A stretch of DNA of 20,597 bases from the NCBI GenBank assembly GCA_018780145.1, contig JADMKA010000243.1, positions 1 to 20,597 of the forward strand, in the 5' to 3' direction. The translations under genes and the position numbers were made by a program. Shown here in pieces: positions 7,811 to 14,669 of this stretch; position 1 is the stretch's first letter; every line of letters begins with the position of its first letter. The stretch comes from Vitreoscilla sp. Lineage in GTDB: Bacteria > Pseudomonadota > Gammaproteobacteria > Burkholderiales > Burkholderiaceae_C. The notes beneath the pieces were generated by a model that was not told where the DNA came from, did no database searches, and saw nothing but the letters and a program-made list of their open reading frames with translations.

Positions 7811-8775
7811 ATCCATTGCAGCGCTGCCAGCAGTGGGACGGTACGGTTCCATCCGAACTGCTCGATCGCCACTACGACGTCGGAGCGGGGCTCTACAAGT
7901 TCTGGGCCAGTCCGGCTTCAGCATTCGACGCCGTGTGCAAGGGCTGGCGCAGTGCAGCGCATCCGGCGCAACTGCACTACGCGTGGGACCTGGCAGCTGC
8001 CGAGTCTCTGGACGCAGCGATCAGGCGTACGACCACCGAGGCCGTCGAAAGGCTCGGGCTTCACCGGCAACACGCCGTGAAGGTACTCGACGCAGGCTGC
8101 GGCATCGGGGGCGCCACCTGCCAGATCGCAGCCGAGCGGCCAGCTTGGCAATTGCACGGGATCACGCGCGTGCGGCGGCAAGCGCAGATCGCCCGCGAGC
8201 GTGCAGCGCGTGCCGGGGTGCAGAACGCCGCGTTCGAGCACGGCAGCTATCTGGCAGCGCCCTGGAGCGACGGCGAGTTTCACGGCATCTATGCCATCGA
8301 GTCACTCTGCTACACACCGGCCGGCCAACGGCCGCAGCTCATGGCAGAGATGTACCGTCTGCTGTGTCCGGGAGGGCGACTGGTCGTGGCCGACGGTTAC
8401 AGCAGCAAGGCACCGCAGCCAGGGCAGCGGGATTGGATCCAGGACGTGCTCGACGGCTGGACGATGCCGATGCCGGTGTCGGTTCAGCAGGCCGTCACCG
8501 ATGCGACAGAGGTCGGTTTTGTGGTGGAAGGCGTCGAAGACGCAACGCATCAGGTATTGGCATCGGCCGTCCGCATCGGGCGCATCGGCCGTCTGCTGCT
8601 GCGACCGCTGGCGCAACTGGCCGCCGTGCCGGGCCTGCGGCCGCTGTTGGCGCCACTGGGCTTTGCCAGCGTGGAGGGCGCGCGGCAATTCGCCAAGGCT
8701 TGCGAGGCTCAGGAACGGGTGCTCGTCGAGGGTCTCGGCACTTACCAGATCTTCGTCTTGCGCAAGCCAGACTGA
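7807..8775 (+). CDS. Class I SAM-dependent methyltransferase (tocopherol/sterol/CFA-synthase-like Methyltransf_11 type)
   Basis: It has motif I 'VLDAGCGIGG' and post-I/II motifs ('HGITRVRRQ', 'FHGIYAIESLCY', 'LLCPGGRLVV'). The start was placed at GTG 7807, overlapping the esterase stop (GTGA). The long ORF-track N-terminal extension from 7369 is an out-of-frame overlap with the esterase gene. Confidence 0.8.
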   Translation: MNPLQRCQQWDGTVPSELLDRHYDVGAGLYKFWASPASAFDAVCKGWRSAAHPAQLHYAWDLAAAESLDAAIRRTTTEAVERLGLHRQHAVKVLDAGCGIGGATCQIAAERPAWQLHGITRVRRQAQIARERAARAGVQNAAFEHGSYLAAPWSDGEFHGIYAIESLCYTPAGQRPQLMAEMYRLLCPGGRLVVADGYSSKAPQPGQRDWIQDVLDGWTMPMPVSVQQAVTDATEVGFVVEGVEDATHQVLASAVRIGRIGRLLLRPLAQLAAVPGLRPLLAPLGFASVEGARQFAKACEAQERVLVEGLGTYQIFVLRKPD

Positions 8776-8798
8776 CGCGCGTGCTAACCACGAAAGCC

Positions 8799-9380
8799 AT
8801 GAACATGATCGAACGATGGACGCTCCCGCTGCTCGCCGCAGGACTGGGGCTGTTGGCGGCGACGCACGTGCAAGCGCATGGCGGTTTGAGCGCCGACGAG
8901 GACTTCTGCAAGCTGCGAGTCGGCAAGTACTACATGCACTTTGTCGGCTATCAGCCCGGGCTCACGGGAGCCAAGGAGTTCTGCGAGGACATCCCGGCGA
9001 CCGGACCGACAACGGTGGTCATGGACGCGATCGACGGCGAGTTGCGCGAGATGCCCATTGAGGTTCGCATCGTCCCTGACACGGGGGATGGGCGTGACCG
9101 TGACGCACCGCCCGTCATCCACCTGCCGCCAAAGCTGTATCCGGGCGGCAGCGTGTCGTTCGAGCACGTCTTCGACAAGCCGGGCAAATTCGTCGGCTAC
9201 GTCATCGGTGGCCAGCGGGGAGAACACGTCGCGCGGTTTCCCTTCAGCGTCGGCACGAGCAAGGGCCCATGGCGGACCTGGCTGAGCGTGGCGGCATTCG
9301 TCGCCGGCGCGGCCCTGCTTTTTCTGTACACGGTGCGGGCCGGTCGCCGCCGGGCGGCGGCTCGAGGGTCCGCAGACTAG
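8799..9380 (+). CDS. Hypothetical secreted protein with a C-terminal membrane anchor (PmoD/AmoD-like architecture; homology not established)
   Basis: The start is ATG 8799 ('MNMIERWTLPLLAAGLGLLAATHVQA|HGG'). A soluble domain of about 140 aa contains 2 Cys and several His and Met residues. A C-terminal TM helix 'WLSVAAFVAGAALLFLY' is followed by a basic tail. Confidence 0.6.
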   Translation: MNMIERWTLPLLAAGLGLLAATHVQAHGGLSADEDFCKLRVGKYYMHFVGYQPGLTGAKEFCEDIPATGPTTVVMDAIDGELREMPIEVRIVPDTGDGRDRDAPPVIHLPPKLYPGGSVSFEHVFDKPGKFVGYVIGGQRGEHVARFPFSVGTSKGPWRTWLSVAAFVAGAALLFLYTVRAGRRRAAARGSAD

Positions 9381-9442
9381 TCGTCAGGGCTGGCGACCTA
9401 TCACTCTGCGCATGTCAGCTACATGCATCTCCACCAGGAGTC

Positions 9443-10954
9443 ATCATCGACATCTCCGAAGTCAAACATCTGATCACCGAGCGGGCAGCGACCTTCCTGG
9501 AACGCTACACCCACAAGCTGCTGATCGACGGCCAGTGGTTGCCGGCGGACAGCGGTGAGACGCTGGATGTGATCAACCCCGCCACGGAGGCCGTGCTCGG
9601 CAAGGTCGCCTCGGCGGGCGCGACCGACGTCGACAGGGCCGTGAAAGCGGCGCGGCGTGCGTTCGACGAGGGGCCGTGGGCCACGATGCGGCCGGCGGAA
9701 CGTCAACGCCTGCTGCTCAAGCTGGCGGACCTGGTCGAGGCCAACGCCCAGGCGCTGGCCGAAGTCGAGTCTCTGGACAACGGCAAGTCGGTGGGTATCG
9801 CGCGCGCGGTCGACATCGCGGTTGCGGTGGATACGCTGCGCTACATGGCGGGCTGGGCCACCAAGATCGAAGGGGCCACCAACGAGGTGTCGGTTCCGTT
9901 CGCCCCGCAGATGCAATTCGTCACCTACACGCGGCGCGAGGCCGTGGGCGTGGTCGCCGCCGTCGTGGCCTGGAACTTCCCGCTGTTGCTGGCGGTCTGG
10001 AAGCTGGCGCCGGCGCTGGCGGCTGGATGCACCGTGGTGCTCAAGCCCGCCGAACAGACCCCGCTGACGGCGCTGATGCTCGGCGAGCTGATCGCCGAGG
10101 CCGGTTTCCCGCCCGGCGTGGTCAACATCATCGTCGGCGACGGACCCTCGTGCGGCGCACCGCTGGTGGCGCATCCGCTGATCGACAAGGTGAGCTTCAC
10201 CGGTTCGACCGAGGTCGGCAAGCTGATCGGCAAGGCGGCGGTCGAGAACATGACCCGCTTCACGCTCGAGCTGGGCGGAAAGTCGCCCGTGATCGTGCTC
10301 GACGACTGCGATCCGGCCACCGCTGCCGCCGGCGCCGCGCAGGCCATCTTTTTCAACCACGGGCAGGTCTGCTGCGCCGGATCGCGCCTGTTCGTGCAAA
10401 AGAAGATGTTCGACCGGGTCGTGGCCGATGTGGCGCAGATCGCCTCGTCCATGCCCTTGGGCCACGGCCTCGATCCGGCCGCGCAGATGGGGCCGCTGGT
10501 GTCGCGGGAGCAGATGGAACGCGTCTGCAACTACATCGACATCGGCCGCACGCAAGGGGCGACCGTCGTCACCGGCGGCGCGCGCGCGAAAGACAAGGGT
10601 TACTACGTGCAGCCGACCGTGCTGACCAACGTCAACCAGCAGATGCGCGTGGTGCAGGAGGAGATCTTCGGTCCGGTGCTGACCGCGATGCCGTACGACG
10701 ACCTGGACCAGGTCGCTGCGTGGGCCAACGACACGAGCTTCGGGCTGGGCGCGAGCATCTGGTCGAACAACCTGTCCAAGGTGCATCGGCTGATTCCGAA
10801 GATCAAGGCCGGCACCGTGTGGGTGAACTGCCACAGCATGCTCGACCCGGCGATGCCGTTCGGCGGCTACCGCCAATCGGGCATCGGGCGCGATCTGGGC
10901 AAGGCTGCGCTCGACTCGTACCTGGAGACCAAGTCGGTCTTCATGGCGGTCTAG
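9443..10954 (+). CDS. NAD(P)+-dependent aldehyde dehydrogenase
   Basis: ALDH signatures are present: 'FTGSTEVGK', 'ELGGKSP' and 'NHGQVCCAGSR' (catalytic Cys), plus 'EEIFGPV'. The 3' end is secure. The 5' end is uncertain because there is no in-frame ATG/GTG/TTG between the upstream stop (9380) and the conserved N-terminus. AGGAG (9436-9440) is followed by ATC codons at 9443 and 9446. Confidence 0.85.
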   Translation: MIDISEVKHLITERAATFLERYTHKLLIDGQWLPADSGETLDVINPATEAVLGKVASAGATDVDRAVKAARRAFDEGPWATMRPAERQRLLLKLADLVEANAQALAEVESLDNGKSVGIARAVDIAVAVDTLRYMAGWATKIEGATNEVSVPFAPQMQFVTYTRREAVGVVAAVVAWNFPLLLAVWKLAPALAAGCTVVLKPAEQTPLTALMLGELIAEAGFPPGVVNIIVGDGPSCGAPLVAHPLIDKVSFTGSTEVGKLIGKAAVENMTRFTLELGGKSPVIVLDDCDPATAAAGAAQAIFFNHGQVCCAGSRLFVQKKMFDRVVADVAQIASSMPLGHGLDPAAQMGPLVSREQMERVCNYIDIGRTQGATVVTGGARAKDKGYYVQPTVLTNVNQQMRVVQEEIFGPVLTAMPYDDLDQVAAWANDTSFGLGASIWSNNLSKVHRLIPKIKAGTVWVNCHSMLDPAMPFGGYRQSGIGRDLGKAALDSYLETKSVFMAV

Positions 10955-10961
10955 GCCCCCA

Positions 10962-10982
10962 GGGCCGGGCTGCGCCCGGCCC
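10962..10982 (+). terminator. GC-rich hairpin after the ALDH gene (GGGCCGGGC-TGC-GCCCGGCCC)
   Basis: A perfect 9-bp inverted repeat begins 8 nt after the stop codon. It is nested inside a second pair, CCCCAGG...CCTGGGG. No U-tract follows, so terminator function is tentative. Confidence 0.4.
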
Positions 10983-11083
10983 GCCTCCCGCGGGGGGGCA
11001 AGGCAACCTGGGGCGGCCCGGTCTTCGGCAGGTGTCGAGTTCGCGATTGCGCCACAGCCGAAAGGCATGGCACTGGAGATTTC

Positions 11084-12415
11084 ATGGAATACCTCGGGCA
11101 GTTGAAGTCGAAACTCCGGCGCCCCGACGACGTGGCCGCCGACGTGCGCAGCGGCGACCGCGTGGACTACGGCTTCGCGCTGGCCCAGCCCGACCTGTTC
11201 GATGCCGCGCTGGCGGCGCGGCGCGAGGGCCTGCGTGACGTGGTCGTGCGCAGTGCGTTGAGCCTGCGCCCGCGGCGCGTGATCGAGGACGACCCCGAGC
11301 AAGCGCATTTCATCTGCGAGAACTGGCATTTCTCGGGCTACGACCGCAAGCAGTGCGAGGCCGGGCTGGTCAGCTATGTGCCGTTCAACTTCGGCGAAGG
11401 CCCGGCGATCTACCGCCGCCATCGCAAGGTGGACCTGGTGGTGATCAAGACCGCGCCCATGGACCGCCACGGCCACTTCAACTTCGGCGCCAGCAACGCC
11501 TACACGCGCGCTATCTGCGACGTGGCCGAGCGCATCGTCGTCGAGACCTGCGAGGCGATGCCGGTATGCCACGGCGTCGAGAACGCGGTGCACATCAGCG
11601 AGGTCGCCGCCGTGATCGAGGGCGCCGACGATCCGCTGCCCGAGCTGCCTGCCGCACCGATCGGCGACATCGACCGCCAGGTGGCCGACTTCATCCTGCG
11701 CGAAATCGGCGACGGCGCGTGCCTGCAGATCGGCATCGGTGCGATGCCCAATGCGGTGTGCTCGGCGATTGCCAATTCGGGCCTGCGCGACCTCGGCATC
11801 CACACCGAGATGTTCGTCGACGGCATGGTCGATCTGGTCGAGGCGGGCAAGGTCAGCGGGCGCCACAAGCAATCGCACCCAGGCAAGATCGTCTTCACCT
11901 TCGCCGTGGGCAGCCGGCGCAGCTACGACTTCCTGCACGGCAACGAGCAATGCCTGTCGCTGCCGGTAGACCTGACCAACCTGCCGCACCGGGTGGCCGA
12001 GAACCGCAACGTGGTATCGATCAACAACTGCATGCAGATCGACCTGAGCGGCCAGGTCGCCTCCGAGAGCTCGGGCCACCGGCACGTCTCGGGCACCGGC
12101 GGGCAGTTGCAGTTCGTGCGCGGCGCCTTCATGTCCGAGGGCGGCAAGTCCTTCATGTGCCTGTCCTCGCGCCACCGCGACAAGCAGGGCCGCTTCGCTT
12201 CGCGCATCGTGCCCGGCCTGGCCAGCGGCACGGTGGTGACGACGCCGCGCACCGACGCGATGTATGTCGTCACCGAATACGGAATCGCCAACCTCAAGGG
12301 CCTGAGCGTGTCCGAACGTGCGCGCGCGCTGATCGCGCTGGCGCACCCGGACGACCGCGATGCCTTGTACGAGGCGGCACGGCGGCACGGCATGCTCGGG
12401 CGCCGTCTTCATTGA
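11084..12415 (+). CDS. Acetyl-CoA hydrolase/transferase-family CoA-transferase (butyryl/propionyl-CoA:acetate or 4-hydroxybutyrate CoA-transferase-like)
   Basis: Both family halves are present, including 'LQIGIGAMPNAV' and 'SGTGGQLQFVRGA', with a C-terminal 'VVTEYGIANLKG'. GGAG lies 5 nt upstream of the ATG. Confidence 0.85.
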   Translation: MEYLGQLKSKLRRPDDVAADVRSGDRVDYGFALAQPDLFDAALAARREGLRDVVVRSALSLRPRRVIEDDPEQAHFICENWHFSGYDRKQCEAGLVSYVPFNFGEGPAIYRRHRKVDLVVIKTAPMDRHGHFNFGASNAYTRAICDVAERIVVETCEAMPVCHGVENAVHISEVAAVIEGADDPLPELPAAPIGDIDRQVADFILREIGDGACLQIGIGAMPNAVCSAIANSGLRDLGIHTEMFVDGMVDLVEAGKVSGRHKQSHPGKIVFTFAVGSRRSYDFLHGNEQCLSLPVDLTNLPHRVAENRNVVSINNCMQIDLSGQVASESSGHRHVSGTGGQLQFVRGAFMSEGGKSFMCLSSRHRDKQGRFASRIVPGLASGTVVTTPRTDAMYVVTEYGIANLKGLSVSERARALIALAHPDDRDALYEAARRHGMLGRRLH

Positions 12416-12552
12416 CTTGGGAGAAAACTCATGCAGTTCGAAAGCAGTGTCGTTATAGGAGTCGGCTCGGAGGGCGCTTGCGCCCGTCCGCGTTGGGCGC
12501 TCGGCGGAATCGCACACGCGCAGATGGCAAGGTGCATCAATTGGAGCCACTC

Positions 12553-13305
12553 ATGATGTCGAGGCTGATTGCGTTCATCTACGGGGCCAGCTGTTATCTC
12601 TTCTTTCTTGCGGTATTTGTTTACCTGGTCGCCTTTGTCGCCGACATTCCGGTGTCTGGTCTGATACCCAAGACAGTGAGTCACGGTGCTTCGACAGGGG
12701 CAGGCGGTGCCATTGTCCTGAACACCTTGTTGATGCTGCTGTTCGGGCTTCAGCACAGCATCATGGCCCGCTCCGGTTTCAAGACGTTCATTCAACGTGC
12801 GGTTGCGCCACACATCGAGCGCAGCACCTATGTGCTGGTCTCCAGCCTCGCATTGGCCTTGCTGATGTGGCAGTGGCAACCCATCGACGGCATGGTCTGG
12901 CAGTTCGAGTCAACGTTTGCGAAGTACCTGCTCTGGGGGCTGTTCTTCTTTGGCTGGGCGCTGATCTTCGTGGCGACCTTTCTGACCGATCATTTCGATT
13001 TGTTTGGCCTGCGCCAGGTTTACCTGAACATGGTGGGAAAGAGCTACACGCACGTCGAATTCAAGACGGTGTTTCTCTACAAGATGATGCGCCACCCCAT
13101 GATGTCGGGCATGCTGATCGCGATGTGGGCGAACCCGGTGATGACGATGTCGCATCTGCTGCTCTCTGCGGGCTTGTCGATCTACGTCTTCATTGGCATT
13201 CATTTTGAGGAACGCGCCCTGCTGAGGCACCTGGGTGATAGCTATGCTCAGTGGCGCAGCAAAACGCCCATGGTCTTGCCGGGGTGGCCGCAACGGAAGG
13301 GGTGA
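12553..13305 (+). CDS. Integral-membrane SAM-dependent methyltransferase of the ICMT/PEMT superfamily, MddA (methanethiol S-methyltransferase)-like
   Basis: Only the last 250 aa of the 650-aa ORF-track frame look real. The start is ATG 12553, with GGAG 6 nt upstream. Motifs present are 'LQHSIMARSGFK', 'TDHFDLFGLRQ', 'MRHPMMSG' and 'HFEERALLRHLGDSYAQWRSKTPMVLP'. Confidence 0.8.
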   Translation: MMSRLIAFIYGASCYLFFLAVFVYLVAFVADIPVSGLIPKTVSHGASTGAGGAIVLNTLLMLLFGLQHSIMARSGFKTFIQRAVAPHIERSTYVLVSSLALALLMWQWQPIDGMVWQFESTFAKYLLWGLFFFGWALIFVATFLTDHFDLFGLRQVYLNMVGKSYTHVEFKTVFLYKMMRHPMMSGMLIAMWANPVMTMSHLLLSAGLSIYVFIGIHFEERALLRHLGDSYAQWRSKTPMVLPGWPQRKG

Positions 13306-13403
13306 CATTTCGATTGGACCAAGGTCCGTCAAACAAGGGTCCGCCGACTACCGGTCCCTGATCGCTACTTTAGTAGTCTGCCCACCAAGGGAAGGAAAAT
13401 ACC

Positions 13404-13676
13404 ATGCCAAAATTCATTATCGAGCGCGAAATTCCAGGTGCGGGCAAGATGTCCGCAGAAGAGCTTCGCGGCGCCGCGCAGCACTCCAACAGCGTGATTC
13501 AGAAGCTTGGTCCCGATATTCGTTGGGACCACAGCTATGTGACGGGAGACAAGATATTCTGTGTCTACGAGGCCCCTAGCGAAGAGTTGATTCGCGCGCA
13601 TGCGAAAGAATCCGGGTTTCCGGCCAACACCATCACCCCTGTGGCCGCGATCATCAGTCCGGCTACTGCCGCCTGA
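13404..13676 (+). CDS. DUF4242 domain protein (small SCO4226-like putative metal-binding protein)
   Basis: 'MPKFIIEREIPGAGKMSAEEL...IRWDHSYVTGDKIFCVYEAPSEELIRAHAKESGFPAN' matches the DUF4242 consensus as I remember it. A GGAAGGAAA ribosome-binding site lies upstream. Confidence 0.75.
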   Translation: MPKFIIEREIPGAGKMSAEELRGAAQHSNSVIQKLGPDIRWDHSYVTGDKIFCVYEAPSEELIRAHAKESGFPANTITPVAAIISPATAA

Positions 13677-13757
13677 GAGCATCCAAGGCCCCTATCGGCA
13701 CCCGGCTTTCGCGGAGAGCAAGGTGACTGTCATCGACATTGATCCAGGAGGAGCGAC

Positions 13758-14267
13758 TTGAGTCATCGCGAACAGAACGCGCGCAGGATGCGCACGATCG
13801 CTGCAGGGCTGTGCCTGGCCTGCGCCACTGCGTGGGCTGGCGGAGCGGACCACGCCAAAGGACACGACGGCCATGCCGCGGAGAGCCATGCGCCAGCCGC
13901 CAAGCCGGCGCAGCCGAAGGAACTGCCGCCGCTGCGCATCCTCTCGCCGAAGCAGGGAGCGCGGATCGGCCGCACCCTCAGCGTCGAGTTCGAGACCAAG
14001 GCCGACTTGTCGAAGATGACGATGGGCGCCAAGGAGATCGGCGCGCACCTTCACGTCGATCTCGACGGCCTGTCGCTGATGCCGGCGCAGTCGGATCTGA
14101 AGCCCCTGGGTGCCAACCGGTACCGCTACACCTTCGACCTTCCGGCCGGTCCCGGAACGCGGGTGATCAAGGTCTACTGGTCCGACGCCGCGCACAAGAC
14201 GATCGAATCGACGGTTCAACAGGTCACGGTGACGGTTGTCGATGACGCGGCCGGGGGGAAGCGGTGA
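13758..14267 (+). CDS. Periplasmic His-rich protein, DUF4399-like (tentative); putative copper-binding or chaperone protein
   Basis: The start is TTG 13758, preceded by AGGAGGAG. It has a signal peptide '...AAGLCLACATAWA'. The mature N-terminus is His-rich ('GGADHAKGHDGHAAESH'). 'GAHLHVDLDG' and 'LPAGPGTRVIKVYWSDAAHK' resemble the DUF4399 'GHHHLLID / LPAG..H' pattern. The stop overlaps the copC start (GTGA). Confidence 0.6.
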   Translation: MSHREQNARRMRTIAAGLCLACATAWAGGADHAKGHDGHAAESHAPAAKPAQPKELPPLRILSPKQGARIGRTLSVEFETKADLSKMTMGAKEIGAHLHVDLDGLSLMPAQSDLKPLGANRYRYTFDLPAGPGTRVIKVYWSDAAHKTIESTVQQVTVTVVDDAAGGKR

Positions 14268-14665
14268 CCGGGGTTCATCTGCGGCGGCGCCGGCTGGTCA
14301 TGGGTCTGCTGGCGGGCGCAGGCGCGGTGGGCCTGCACGCGGTGGCGCGCGCGCATGCCGCGCTGGTGAAGTCCGAACCGGCGCGACGCGCTGTCCTGCG
14401 CAAGGCGCCCGGGCAGGTGCGCCTGTGGTTCAACGAACGGCTCGAGCCGGCGTACGCGACCATCGTGCTCAACCGGGGCGATACGCAACCCGTGGCGACC
14501 AACAAGGCGCGCTTGGACCCCGGCGATCCGAAGCTGCTCGTGCTCGACCTGCCGCCCCTCGAGCCCGGCGAGTACACCGTGCGCTACCGCGTGCTCTCGG
14601 TCGACGGGCACACGGTCGACTACGGCTACACCTTCAGCATCGCGCCGCCCGGGGGCACCAAGTAG
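14264..14665 (+). CDS. copC: Copper resistance/acquisition protein CopC (periplasmic Cu-binding, N-terminal His type)
   Basis: An Arg-rich signal 'HLRRRRLVMGLLAGAGA...ARA|HAALVKSEP' gives the classical CopC mature N-terminus. 'YTVRYRVLSVDGHTV' is the conserved CopC C-terminal motif. Confidence 0.85.
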   Translation: MTGVHLRRRRLVMGLLAGAGAVGLHAVARAHAALVKSEPARRAVLRKAPGQVRLWFNERLEPAYATIVLNRGDTQPVATNKARLDPGDPKLLVLDLPPLEPGEYTVRYRVLSVDGHTVDYGYTFSIAPPGGTK

Positions 14666-14669
14666 GGCG

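Noticed and set aside
9269-9442. The ORF-track ATG at 9269 as the start of the aldehyde dehydrogenase.
   Set aside because: It would overlap the upstream gene by 112 nt and add about 58 residues of Arg/Gly-rich sequence not seen in ALDH N-termini. It is kept only as an annotation alternative (see the corresponding finding).
9419-12550. A 1043-aa minus-strand ORF spanning the ALDH and CoA-transferase genes.
   Set aside because: It is an antisense shadow ORF typical of high-GC DNA. The translation is Arg/Ala/His/Gly-rich and low in complexity, with no recognisable motifs. The plus strand encodes two clearly recognisable enzymes over the same interval.
11353-12552. The N-terminal 400 aa of the 650-aa plus-strand ORF 11353-13305, together with similar long N-terminal extensions of ORFs 7369-8775 and 7833-9380.
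   Set aside because: The extensions are out-of-frame overlaps with upstream genes and are Arg/Gly/Pro-rich nonsense. Real starts with ribosome-binding sites or stop/start coupling exist at 12553, 7807 and 8799.
12431-12556. A 41-codon ORF (MQFESSVVIGVGSEGACARPRWALGGIAHAQMARCINWSHS) with a GGAG site upstream and an ATGA overlap with the MddA-like gene; a possible leader peptide.
   Set aside because: It has no recognisable family. By hand count its GC3 is weak (~68 %) relative to real genes here, and it spans a GGGCGC-TT-GCGCCC hairpin. It cannot be supported without conservation or ribosome-profiling data.
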